A stretch of 57,804 bases of DNA, from assembly GCA_964590525.1 (NCBI GenBank), contig CAZPWO010000001.1:1870-59673 (forward strand). The letters run 5' to 3'. Numbering within the stretch: the first letter of the stretch is position 1; every line of letters begins with the position of its first letter. Both the position numbers and the translations under genes were made by a program. The notes under the pieces are model-generated. The model saw only the letters and a list, made by a program, of their open reading frames with translations. It had not been told where the DNA came from and did no database searches. Shown piece by piece: positions 1-9,431 of the stretch. Source of the DNA: an uncultured Herbinix sp. (GTDB lineage: Bacteria; Bacillota; Clostridia; Lachnospirales; Lachnospiraceae).

Positions 1-72
1 CTTCAAACCATCCACCACACAATCTCATCCTAAAAACTCCACCAACAAGAAACAAAACAACCAATACCCTCC

Positions 73-171
73 ACAACCTCAACAACCTACAAACAGGAAC
101 AATACAAATAATACTTTTTACAACCTCAACAACCTACAAACAGGAACAATACAAATAATACTTTTTACAAC
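73..171. repeat. 47-bp tandem repeat (2 copies plus a fragment) containing the left arm of the palindromic element
   Basis: acaacctcaacaacctacaaacaggaacaatacaaataatacttttt at 73-119 and 120-166, then acaac. Confidence 0.95.
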
Positions 172-276
172 TATTTGAAGCCGTCAGTCCTTAGGCTGTG
201 TCCTCTACAGCCTTAGTACTGCTACAGCTTCAACTAAGCGAAAGCGGGTTGTAAAAAGAATTATTCGTATTGTTCC
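143..276. repeat. 134-bp palindromic REP/ERIC/MITE-like element, copy 1
   Basis: Imperfect 29-bp terminal inverted repeats (143-171 and 248-276) enclose nested stems ttgaagc/gcttcaa and aggctgt/acagcct; homologous copy at 39950-40083. Confidence 0.85.
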
Positions 277-406
277 GCCCCACCTGCAAAAACCAGTTGT
301 AAAAAGATTATTCGTATTGTTCCGCCCCACCTGCAAAAACCAGTTGTAAAAAGTATTATTCGTATTGTTCCGTCCCCCCACCTGCAAAAACCAGTTGTAA
401 AAAGAT
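248..406. repeat. ~48-bp tandem repeat (3 copies plus a fragment) containing the right arm of the element
   Basis: gttgtaaaaag(a)attattcgtattgttccgccccacctgcaaaaacca at 248-295, 296-342, 343-393; partial 394-406. Confidence 0.95.
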
Positions 407-1354
407 TTACTCCTTACTACTCCTCATTATATTAGTCTCAAACATTCTCTGATACCCTATCCACTTCATATCATCATCTGCACTATTAAGTAACTCCGTC
501 ATTGTCTGCAATTTCGCATCAGTATTATCAGCATAATGCAGGGCTAAAGCCTCTATTGTTGACGGTTTTTTAGGCGAACCATATGCCAACTCACCGTGAT
601 GGGCAAGAATACAGTGCATAAGTTCCTTAGCCAACATATCAGGGAAAGCAGGCACACCCTTAACATATTCATTAATCATATTAGTTCCTATAAATATATG
701 ACCTAACAATTGACCATCATCAGTATAATCATTACTAGGGAAGCTAGAGAGTTCCACCATCTTACCTACATCATGAAATAAGGCTGCAGCAATTAACAAA
801 TCTCTATTAATAATAGGATAATTTGCTCCATAATAATCGCATAACTTAGCCACACTTAAGGTATGCTCCAATAATCCTCCAACAAAACTGTGGTGAACAG
901 TTTTTGCCGCTGAATGGCCTTTAAACTTTTTAACAAAATCCATATCATTTATAAAGAAATGTTCCAAAAGAGCCTTTAAATTCGGCTCCTTAACTGTTCC
1001 AATTATATTAGTAATCTCACCATACATCTCGTCTATGTTTTTATCTGAAACAGGAAGAAAATCTTCTGGATAATATTCACCTTCCTGAGCCTTGTATATC
1101 CTAGTAATATTTAATTGTAGCGCACCTTGAAAACTTGTTACCCCCGCATCTATATGTACGAAGTCCATAGCCTCAAATTGCCCTACTCCACTTGAAAAGT
1201 CCCAGATCTTCCCGTCTATGGTACCTGTTTTATCTTGCAAAATCATTGAGCCATATTCTTTCCCTGTTCTAGCTCTTAATGTCTGTTTAGTCTTACACAG
1301 ATAAACTCCATTCCTTATAATATCTCCTTCTTGTAACTCCTGAATATATGTCAT
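407..1354 (-). CDS. yhaM: 3'-5' exoribonuclease YhaM family (OB fold + HD domain)
   Basis: N-terminal OB fold (LQDKTGTIDGKIW), HHSFVGGLLEHT, FHDVGK, GHI, AHHG, ADNTDA. Confidence 0.9.
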   Translation of the reverse strand: MTYIQELQEGDIIRNGVYLCKTKQTLRARTGKEYGSMILQDKTGTIDGKIWDFSSGVGQFEAMDFVHIDAGVTSFQGALQLNITRIYKAQEGEYYPEDFLPVSDKNIDEMYGEITNIIGTVKEPNLKALLEHFFINDMDFVKKFKGHSAAKTVHHSFVGGLLEHTLSVAKLCDYYGANYPIINRDLLIAAALFHDVGKMVELSSFPSNDYTDDGQLLGHIFIGTNMINEYVKGVPAFPDMLAKELMHCILAHHGELAYGSPKKPSTIEALALHYADNTDAKLQTMTELLNSADDDMKWIGYQRMFETNIMRSSKE

Positions 1355-1465
1355 TCTTCTACCCTTTCTAACCTATTAATATTTAACTTACAAAAATATT
1401 ATACCCTAACTATAAATTTATATAAAGCAAAATCAATGATGAAATCAAAACCCTTATATATAAAT

Positions 1466-1517
1466 AAAAAACAGCTGTTACAAATGTCCTTATAATGACA
1501 GTTAAAACAGCTGTTAT
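1466..1517 (-). terminator. Probable intrinsic terminator after the HtrA-like gene
   Basis: aacagctgtt at 1470-1479 and 1506-1515 can pair, inner tgtc/gaca stem, A-run on the left (U tail on minus). Confidence 0.5.
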
Positions 1518-1537
1518 ATATTTGAATAAAATCAATA

Positions 1538-2887
1538 TTAATTCTTTTGCCCTAAAGTTATCTTAAAATCCATCTCCCTATTATATGCGGAGGTTCTAAT
1601 TACCTTAACCAAAACCTGGTCTCCAGCCTTATATTCATTTAAGATATCATTGTAACTATTAATGTTAAAAACCTCTTTTTCATTTATGAGCATAATAATA
1701 TCTCCACTTTTCAAACCACCATCAGATGCTGGAGAGTTGGATATAACCTCACTAACATAGACCCCTCTTTTAACATCGTAATCTTCTCTGGCGGCATCTG
1801 TTAATTCATATATCACAGCACCCATATAAATACGCGGTTCATTGTTTGCCAACTTTTGCAATATAGACTTTAATCTAGAAATTCCAATTGCAGTATTAAC
1901 ATTATCATTCACATCACCTGTCTGAATACGGGTTATGACACCGACAATTTTTCCTTCCAAATTAACAATAACTCCATCAGAATTCTCATTATCAACAACA
2001 CTTGTATTAAATAACTCAATTCTATTATCTATGGTACTAAGATAGCTAACCTTACTGGTTATATGGCCAATTTCCAGGGCCCCGTAATAACCATTGGGAT
2101 TTCCCAGTGCGATTATAGGTGTTCCAACAGTTGTACTATAGGATTCTCCTAGCTGAGCTACTTTCAAATTATTGTAATATATTGAGGGAATACCTTTTAT
2201 CATAACATTCAAAATTGCAATATTAAGTTCCTCATCATAGTCTAGTAGTTTTGCATCAACCATAACTTGATCTGAAAATACCAACTGCACTCTACTTGCA
2301 GAGTTAATCCTGTCATAACTAACTAAAATCGCCAACTCACCATTAAGGTCTGCAATTATGACTCCACTGGTAGCCTTTCGAATCTCAGAAGAATTGCCAA
2401 ACAAATCTTTACCATCTTTTATACTATCTATTTTAACAATAGATTTATTTGCTTCGTAACCAATCTTGCGAATGTCTTCATATATACTGATTAGGTCTTC
2501 AGCTTTAGCATCAATCTTTTTTTCCACAACTGTGCCTTCATTCCCTGAACTATTAGGACCTGCCGAGTTACCCGTATTCTGACCGTGACTTGGCGACTGT
2601 GGTTTTAAACCTTCTTTATTCTCTTGACCTTCATCTATAAGATCATCTTCTGGATATTCACTGGGGAAAATTATAGGTTTTCTATTATCTTCCTCTTTAT
2701 TTAAACGTTTATAAAATCTTGGTTCAGTAACGGAAAAAGTAATTGCTGCAACCAAACCAAAAATAATTGCCATAAAAACAGTCATTAAAAATGGTTTAAA
2801 CCATTTTTTGAATTTTCTTCCCCTTTTTGGAACTACTTGTTTTTTAATATATTCAAATTCTCTTTTATCTTTCCCTGGATCTGTCAT
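1538..2887 (-). CDS. Membrane-anchored HtrA/S1C family protein with PDZ domain, probably catalytically inactive
   Basis: N-terminal TM helix; trypsin-like segments (SGVII, ALGNP, NSDGVIVNLEGKIVGV); PDZ (SPASDGGLKSGDII). Confidence 0.85.
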   Translation of the reverse strand: MTDPGKDKREFEYIKKQVVPKRGRKFKKWFKPFLMTVFMAIIFGLVAAITFSVTEPRFYKRLNKEEDNRKPIIFPSEYPEDDLIDEGQENKEGLKPQSPSHGQNTGNSAGPNSSGNEGTVVEKKIDAKAEDLISIYEDIRKIGYEANKSIVKIDSIKDGKDLFGNSSEIRKATSGVIIADLNGELAILVSYDRINSASRVQLVFSDQVMVDAKLLDYDEELNIAILNVMIKGIPSIYYNNLKVAQLGESYSTTVGTPIIALGNPNGYYGALEIGHITSKVSYLSTIDNRIELFNTSVVDNENSDGVIVNLEGKIVGVITRIQTGDVNDNVNTAIGISRLKSILQKLANNEPRIYMGAVIYELTDAAREDYDVKRGVYVSEVISNSPASDGGLKSGDIIMLINEKEVFNINSYNDILNEYKAGDQVLVKVIRTSAYNREMDFKITLGQKN

Positions 2888-3128
2888 AAGTTTCTCCTTA
2901 TTTAGATTTAAATGAATCTGAAGTCATAATATATCAATAAGTTTATCATTTACTTATGAACATCTTATGAATTATTTGTTAACAAAAATTTTATGTTATA
3001 ATACATAGTATAACATTTTAAATGCTTGATTTTCCTATGACATAAGGTAAAATAGAGACATAACAATAAATTTAACAATTCCCTTATCTGTTTGCAATAT
3101 TTAACACTTGTAGAAAGGCTTGAGAAAT

Positions 3129-5510
3129 ATGAACAATAAAGCATTAAAAACATTAGAGTATGATAAAATAATAGATAAACTTTCCGCTTTAACTAGTACC
3201 AGTCAGGGAAAAGAACTTTGTTTAAATCTTTTACCCCTAACAGATATTAATTATATTCAAAAGGCTCAAGAAGAAACCTCTGATGCCCTAACACGCCTGT
3301 ATCGTAAGGGTAGTATTTCATTTTCAGGTGTTCATGATATAAGACCTTCTACTATGAGATTAAAGGTTGGTTCCACCCTTGGAGCTGGGGAGCTTTTGCG
3401 TATTAGTACTACTTTAGATACTACTTTGCGAGCAAAGGCCTATGGCGGATATTCTGCTAAGGATGATGAAGCAGACGAGCCCATTGAGGATTCTTTAACT
3501 GATTTTTTCTCCAATTTACAACCATTAACTCCTCTGAATAACGAAATTAAACGCTGTATTATATCTGAGGAAGAGATTGCAGACGATGCAAGTCCAGAGT
3601 TAAAGAATATACGTCGAAATATCAAACATACCAATGAACGAATCCAAAGAGATATTTCATCCATTTTACATTCCTCAAGAAACATGTTACAAGAGGAAAT
3701 TGTTACAACAAGAAATGGCCGCTATTGTCTACCTGTCAAATCAGAATATAAAAACAGGTTTCAAGGGATGATTCATGATCAATCAGCTACAGGAGCAACC
3801 ATATTTGTTGAACCAATAGCTATTGTCAAATTAAATAATGAATTAAAAGAATTGGCAATCAGTGAACAAAAAGCAATTGAGAAGATTCTTGCTTCTCTAT
3901 CTAATATAACCGGTGAGCATATAGAAAGTCTTATTTACAACTTTAACAGTCTGTCACAACTGGACTTCATATTCTCCAAGGCAAAGCTAGCCAAAGAGAT
4001 GAAGGCTAGCAAACCGGAATTTAACCAAGAAGGAATTATAAACTTAAAAAAAGCCAGGCATCCACTAATTGATGCCAAAGAGGTTGTTCCCATTGACGCA
4101 AGAATTGGACAAGACTTTACCATGCTAATAATAACAGGTCCAAACACAGGTGGGAAAACAGTATCCTTAAAAACCATTGGCTTGTTAACCTTAATGGGTC
4201 AATCTGGCTTACACATACCAGCATTTGATAATTCTCAGTTATCAGTTTTTAAAGAAGTTTATGCTGATATAGGTGATGAACAGAGCATTGAACAAAGCCT
4301 TAGTACTTTTTCATCACATATGACCAATATCGTCTCCATACTAGATAAAGCCGATGAAGACTCCCTAGTTCTCTTTGACGAGTTAGGAGCTGGCACCGAC
4401 CCAACTGAAGGCGCTGCCTTGGCTATGGCAATCTTAAATTATCTCCATCAGAGAAGAATTCCAACTTTGGCAACAACCCATTATAGTGAACTTAAGATTT
4501 ATGCCCTCTCTACAGAAGGAGTAATGAATGCTTCCTGTGAATTTGACGTAGAAACCCTCAGCCCAACATACCGTTTATTAATTGGTATACCTGGTAAGAG
4601 TAATGCATTTGCCATATCAAACAAACTAGGTCTTCCTGATTATATAATTAATGAAGCTAAAAATCTTATGGGACAGCAAGACCAGAGCTTTGAAGACCTA
4701 ATCAGTGAACTAGATGCTAATAGGGTAACTATAGAAAAAGAAAGAGAAGAAATCAGCAAATACAAAGAAGAAATCCAAAGGCTAGAGAAAAACCTTGCTA
4801 AGAAAGAAGAAAACCTTGAAAATAACAGAAACCGCATTCTTAGGGAAGCTAAAGAAAAGGCCAATGCCTTACTTACAGATGCTAAGGATTTTGCTGATAA
4901 TAGTATAAGAAATTATAATAAATGGCTTCAAGACGGAGGCAACATCAAGGATATGGAGCTAGAACGTAGTCAATTAAGAGACCTTATAAACAAGAATCAG
5001 GATGGCCTAGGTAAGAGGACTAGGGAAAAGCCTACTAATAATAAACTTGCTTCTAAAGAAATAGAGGTTGGTGACCTTGTTAATGTTCTTAGTCTAGGCC
5101 TAGATGGGACTGTCAACTCCCTTCCTAATTCCAAAGGTGAAGTGGATGTACAAATGGGGGCTTTAAACTCTTGGATTAACATAAAAGACCTGCAATTGTT
5201 GGAAAAAAAGTCAGAGGCTTTGAATTTACAAAAAGCTAAAGGTGGTAAGGTAAAGAAGATAAAATTATCAAAGGCATTAACCATACACCCTGAGATTAAC
5301 CTAATAGGTAAAACTGTAGATGAAGCCTTACCGGCATTGGACAAATATTTAGATGATGCATACCTGGCTAACATAGGAAAAGTAACTATAATCCATGGTA
5401 GAGGCACTGGCGCATTAAGAAATGCTATTCATTCTTATTTAAAGAAAGTCAAATACGTTAAATCTTATTACACAGAAGGAAATGAAGGGGCCACAATAGT
5501 TGAATTTTAA
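3129..5510 (+). CDS. mutS2: MutS2 family ATPase/endonuclease with Smr domain
   Basis: ITGPNTGGKT, DIGDEQSIEQSLSTFS, DELGAGTDPTEG, TTHY, IIHGRGTG; start placed at ATG 3129 behind gaaagg. Confidence 0.95.
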   Translation: MNNKALKTLEYDKIIDKLSALTSTSQGKELCLNLLPLTDINYIQKAQEETSDALTRLYRKGSISFSGVHDIRPSTMRLKVGSTLGAGELLRISTTLDTTLRAKAYGGYSAKDDEADEPIEDSLTDFFSNLQPLTPLNNEIKRCIISEEEIADDASPELKNIRRNIKHTNERIQRDISSILHSSRNMLQEEIVTTRNGRYCLPVKSEYKNRFQGMIHDQSATGATIFVEPIAIVKLNNELKELAISEQKAIEKILASLSNITGEHIESLIYNFNSLSQLDFIFSKAKLAKEMKASKPEFNQEGIINLKKARHPLIDAKEVVPIDARIGQDFTMLIITGPNTGGKTVSLKTIGLLTLMGQSGLHIPAFDNSQLSVFKEVYADIGDEQSIEQSLSTFSSHMTNIVSILDKADEDSLVLFDELGAGTDPTEGAALAMAILNYLHQRRIPTLATTHYSELKIYALSTEGVMNASCEFDVETLSPTYRLLIGIPGKSNAFAISNKLGLPDYIINEAKNLMGQQDQSFEDLISELDANRVTIEKEREEISKYKEEIQRLEKNLAKKEENLENNRNRILREAKEKANALLTDAKDFADNSIRNYNKWLQDGGNIKDMELERSQLRDLINKNQDGLGKRTREKPTNNKLASKEIEVGDLVNVLSLGLDGTVNSLPNSKGEVDVQMGALNSWINIKDLQLLEKKSEALNLQKAKGGKVKKIKLSKALTIHPEINLIGKTVDEALPALDKYLDDAYLANIGKVTIIHGRGTGALRNAIHSYLKKVKYVKSYYTEGNEGATIVEF

Positions 5511-5542
5511 ACCAAACATATAATTTGAAAGGGGATTGCACC

Positions 5543-6250
5543 ATGACTAAACAGAGAGTTTTAATTGTAGATGATGATGAAAATATAGCAGAATTGATTT
5601 CTTTATATTTAACAAAAGAATGCCTTGATACCCTTGTTGTTTATGATGGAGAATCAGCCATTGAAAGTTTTAACGATTATGATCCGAACCTTGTTCTTCT
5701 TGATATTATGCTTCCAGGTGTGGATGGATACGAGGTATGTAGGCAGATTCGTAAAAATTCAAATGTGCCTATTATTATGCTGTCAGCAAAGGGAGAAACA
5801 TTTGATAAAGTTCTAGGGCTAGAACTTGGAGCTGATGATTATATTATTAAACCTTTTGATTCTAAAGAATTGGTAGCCCGAGTTAGAGCCGTCCTTAGAA
5901 GATTTAACCCTGATCCAGTCAGGGATAAGACATCACGTGGGGAATATGTATCCTATACTGACCTGATAATTAATTTGAGTAATTATTCCGTGCAGTATAG
6001 GGGGGAAAAGGTTGAAATGCCACCAAAAGAACTGGAATTAATATATTTTCTAGCTTCTAACCCAAACCAAGTCTTTACCCGGGAACAACTTTTAGACCAA
6101 ATCTGGGGCTATGAATACTTTGGAGATACAAGAACAGTGGATGTTCACATTAAAAGAATTAGAGAAAAATTAGGTGATGAGAATAATAATTGGAAAATTG
6201 CAACTGTATGGGGAATAGGCTATAAATTCGAATCCAGTCTTGTAAAATAA
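5543..6250 (+). CDS. OmpR/PhoB family response regulator
   Basis: LIVDDD, LLDIMLP, GADDYIIKPF, winged helix RTVDVHIKRIREK; start ATG 5543 behind aaagggg. Confidence 0.95.
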   Translation: MTKQRVLIVDDDENIAELISLYLTKECLDTLVVYDGESAIESFNDYDPNLVLLDIMLPGVDGYEVCRQIRKNSNVPIIMLSAKGETFDKVLGLELGADDYIIKPFDSKELVARVRAVLRRFNPDPVRDKTSRGEYVSYTDLIINLSNYSVQYRGEKVEMPPKELELIYFLASNPNQVFTREQLLDQIWGYEYFGDTRTVDVHIKRIREKLGDENNNWKIATVWGIGYKFESSLVK

Positions 6251-6292
6251 TCCCTATCACTCTGTTGAGAGGAAGGAGTCACATACTGTATT

Positions 6293-7702
6293 ATGAAGAG
6301 TACACTTGCCACTAGATTATTTATTTGTTTTTTACTATCCATATTATCAATCTTTTTGCTCTTTAATACATATGGTATGGATTACCTTTCTAAGCGATTA
6401 ACAAGACAAAAAGAAGAACAACTTTCCCAGGAGGCTAATTTGATTGCCTCTGAATATTTTGATAATTTTTACGATGATATTTATCAAGCTGATTATTTAA
6501 ATGCAATACTAAAGTCTCTAGAAAAATACCTTGGTATCCGCACATGGATCGTCAATCCCTCAGGTGAAATTATTGCTAACTCATCCTATGGAAGTTCCTG
6601 GGAAGAAGTTAATATTAATGAGTTAGATCCTGACTTTTTAGGAAACACAATTCATCATAATACTCATTTTCCTGGCTTAATCAACGAACCAGCCATAAGC
6701 TATATCCATACTGTAACCCATAATTATAGAGTTCGCGGCTATATAGTTCTTCATTCTCAAGAAAGCGATATAACTTCACAGACCTACCTTTACATTGACG
6801 CTATAAATATCTGTTTTCTTATATTCCTTATAACATTATTTATAATCTATTTATATATATATTATTTAACCATCCTACCTTTGAAAAATCTAATTCGAGC
6901 CGCCAAAGAGTATAGTTCAGGGAATTTCGAATACAAGTTATCACAAAAAGGGCTTAAGGAATTCAGGGATTTAGGTACTGCAATATCATATATGAGTAGT
7001 GAACTTAATAAATTAGACGACTATCAGAAAAATTTTGTTGCTAACATATCTCACGATTTCCGCTCTCCCCTTACATCCATAAAAGGTTTTGCTGAAGCTA
7101 TTTTAGACGGAACAATTCCTAGGGATATGCAAGATAAATATTTGAAAATAATACTATTTGAAACAGAACGTTTAACCAAGCTTACATCCAATCTCTTAGA
7201 ATTAAATCAATTTGAAGGTAAGGGAAGATTGTTAGATATAATGTCTTTCGATTTGAATCATATCATTAAGCAAACAGCTGAAAGTTTCGAGGGAATATGT
7301 AAAAGTAAAAAAATAACCTTAAATTTAGTCTTCTTTGAAGATGAAACCTATGTTGATGCAGATGTGGGGAAAATTCAGCAGGTATTGTATAACTTAATAG
7401 ACAATGGTCTAAAATTCAGCAATATAAACTCAAGCATTAAAGTTTCTACAGAAGAAAAGGGAGAAAAAATCTTTATCTCCATTAAAGACAATGGTATTGG
7501 AATAGCAAAGGATGTTCAGAACAAAATCTGGGAGCGTTTCTATAAGACAGATCCCTCCCGAGGAAAAGACAAAAAAGGCACTGGATTAGGTCTTTCTATT
7601 ACTAAAGAGATTATCCAAGCCCATAATGAAAACATTAACCTTGTATCAACAGAAGGAGTAGGGACTGAATTTGTCTTCTCCCTTCCTAAGTCTCAAGAAT
7701 AA
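6293..7702 (+). CDS. Membrane sensor histidine kinase (HAMP, HisKA, HATPase)
   Basis: Two TM segments, H-box SHDFRSPLT, N-box NLIDNG, DNGIG, FYK, GTGLGL. Confidence 0.95.
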   Translation: MKSTLATRLFICFLLSILSIFLLFNTYGMDYLSKRLTRQKEEQLSQEANLIASEYFDNFYDDIYQADYLNAILKSLEKYLGIRTWIVNPSGEIIANSSYGSSWEEVNINELDPDFLGNTIHHNTHFPGLINEPAISYIHTVTHNYRVRGYIVLHSQESDITSQTYLYIDAINICFLIFLITLFIIYLYIYYLTILPLKNLIRAAKEYSSGNFEYKLSQKGLKEFRDLGTAISYMSSELNKLDDYQKNFVANISHDFRSPLTSIKGFAEAILDGTIPRDMQDKYLKIILFETERLTKLTSNLLELNQFEGKGRLLDIMSFDLNHIIKQTAESFEGICKSKKITLNLVFFEDETYVDADVGKIQQVLYNLIDNGLKFSNINSSIKVSTEEKGEKIFISIKDNGIGIAKDVQNKIWERFYKTDPSRGKDKKGTGLGLSITKEIIQAHNENINLVSTEGVGTEFVFSLPKSQE

Positions 7703-7751
7703 GCTAGTATTTGTGAGTCTTCCCTCTGCTTCTAATAAGATAATATAAGTT

Positions 7752-8222
7752 TTATAGTCCTTTTATTGCTATGTTTATCTCTATCACTTTACCATCTTCA
7801 TAATTCAAAGGTATAGAAATGTTTTTTGCAAAACTTGTGGAAAAAGACATTGTCCCTTCCCCCAGTGTTGGAGGTGTAATATCAATTGCTATTCCTTTCC
7901 TTGAGAAAATAGTGGCCGCATTACCCATAATCATATTACCAAGTTCTGATATTGCACTTCTTGATAATTCATCCATCTGTGTTATAGGCATCATAATCAT
8001 CTTTGATGCAATATCACATGCAATACTTTCTTCTAAAACCATTATTACCTGCCCACTTCTCTCACCGGTAAATCCAATCATAATTAATAATGTGTCCTCT
8101 AGAAAAATTGGTTCCTTAATTGAAGGCTTCCCCAATTTCACATCTATAAAGCACATTTCTTTTAAAATTTTAGTTGAAGCTGATATAAATGGATTGATAT
8201 GCTCTACATTTATCGTAGACAT
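7752..8222 (-). CDS. cheX: CheX family chemotaxis phosphatase
   Basis: INPF, SAISELGNMIMGNA (ExxN), DITPP; start at 8222 behind GGAGGT. Confidence 0.85.
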   Translation of the reverse strand: MSTINVEHINPFISASTKILKEMCFIDVKLGKPSIKEPIFLEDTLLIMIGFTGERSGQVIMVLEESIACDIASKMIMMPITQMDELSRSAISELGNMIMGNAATIFSRKGIAIDITPPTLGEGTMSFSTSFAKNISIPLNYEDGKVIEINIAIKGL

Positions 8223-8264
8223 AAGTACCTCCTTATGCATCATCTCGTGTAAATTACTAGTTTT

Positions 8265-9431
8265 TTACTTATCCTTATGCCTTATAATAAAGGTCTGAAT
8301 CTTTTCTAAAGCAATCTTAAGGTCTTCAATAGAATATGCATATGATATTCTAAGATATCCCTCACCACAGTCACCAAAAGCACTACCTGGTACTACTGCA
8401 ACCTTTTCCTCATATAATAATTTTGTAGCAAATTCATCTGAAGTCATTCCTAAGCTTTTAACACTAGGGAATACATAAAATGCACCACCAGGTTCAAAGC
8501 AGTCCAACCCAATCTTACGCAAGGCGTGAACTAAATATCTTCTTCGTTTATCATAAGCATCCTTCATCATATCCACAGATTTGTCTCCATTTTTCAGAGC
8601 TTCAATTCCAGCATACTGACTTGTTGTAGGAGCACACATAATTGCAAATTGATGTATTTTTATCATTTGTTCAATAATATGTTCTGGACCCACTGCATAA
8701 CCAAGTCTCCAGCCTGTCATGGCATGAGATTTTGAAAATCCATTAATAACAATGGTTCGTTCTCTAAGACCAGGAAAAGAAGCTATAGATACATGGTCGC
8801 TTCCATATGTAAGCTCAGAATATATTTCATCAGATATAACATATATATCATTGTCGATTATTAGGTCAACAATTTCCTTTAAATCATTGTAATCCATTAT
8901 TGCACCTGTTGGATTATTTGGGTAAGACAAGATAAGTACCTTTGTCTTGCCAGTTATAGCAGCTTGTAATTGTTCTCTAGTGAGTTTGAATTCATTTTCT
9001 CCCTTTAAATCAATTACTACTGGCTTTCCACCTGCAAGAATAGTACAGGGATGATATGATACATAACTTGGTTGTGGAATTATAACTTCATCGCCAGGGT
9101 CTACCATAGCTCTTAAGGCAATATCTAAGGCTTCACTACCTCCCACAGTAACCAAGGTTTCTTTAGCATCATTATATTCCAGATTATATTTTCTCTTTAA
9201 AAATCTTGTAATTTCCTTTTTTAAATCATTAAGCCCTGCATTAGAAGTGTAAAATGTTTTTCCTTTTTCTAAGGAATATATTCCTTCTTCTCTTATATGC
9301 CAAGGGGTATCAAAATCAGGTTCTCCTACTCCAAGTGATATTACATCTTCCATCTCACTTGCTACATCAAAGAACTTACGTATCCCTGAGGGCTTTATAT
9401 TAACTACACTTTTAGACAGTGGGTTTCTCAA
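8265..9431 (-). CDS. PLP-dependent aminotransferase class I/II (YugH/AlaT-like)
   Basis: LGVGEPDF, PNNPTG, SDEIY, GFSKSHAMTGWRLGY. Confidence 0.95.
   Translation of the reverse strand: MRNPLSKSVVNIKPSGIRKFFDVASEMEDVISLGVGEPDFDTPWHIREEGIYSLEKGKTFYTSNAGLNDLKKEITRFLKRKYNLEYNDAKETLVTVGGSEALDIALRAMVDPGDEVIIPQPSYVSYHPCTILAGGKPVVIDLKGENEFKLTREQLQAAITGKTKVLILSYPNNPTGAIMDYNDLKEIVDLIIDNDIYVISDEIYSELTYGSDHVSIASFPGLRERTIVINGFSKSHAMTGWRLGYAVGPEHIIEQMIKIHQFAIMCAPTTSQYAGIEALKNGDKSVDMMKDAYDKRRRYLVHALRKIGLDCFEPGGAFYVFPSVKSLGMTSDEFATKLLYEEKVAVVPGSAFGDCGEGYLRISYAYSIEDLKIALEKIQTFIIRHKDK

Noticed and set aside
205-387. 60-aa ORF
   Set aside because: Translation of the tandem repeats; no RBS.
248-406. Possible CRISPR array (29-bp repeat with ~19-bp spacers)
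   Set aside because: Spacers are essentially identical and short, the repeat is the arm of a palindromic element, and no cas genes are present.
2965-3153. 62-aa minus-strand ORF
   Set aside because: Lies over the divergent htrA/mutS2 promoter region and the mutS2 start; no RBS or motifs.
7819-8298. 159-aa ORF antisense to cheX, and similar shadow ORFs in mutS2, ftsH, tilS, spoIIE, gdpP and the GH43 genes
   Set aside because: Opposite-strand or off-frame shadows of well-supported genes with no independent signals.
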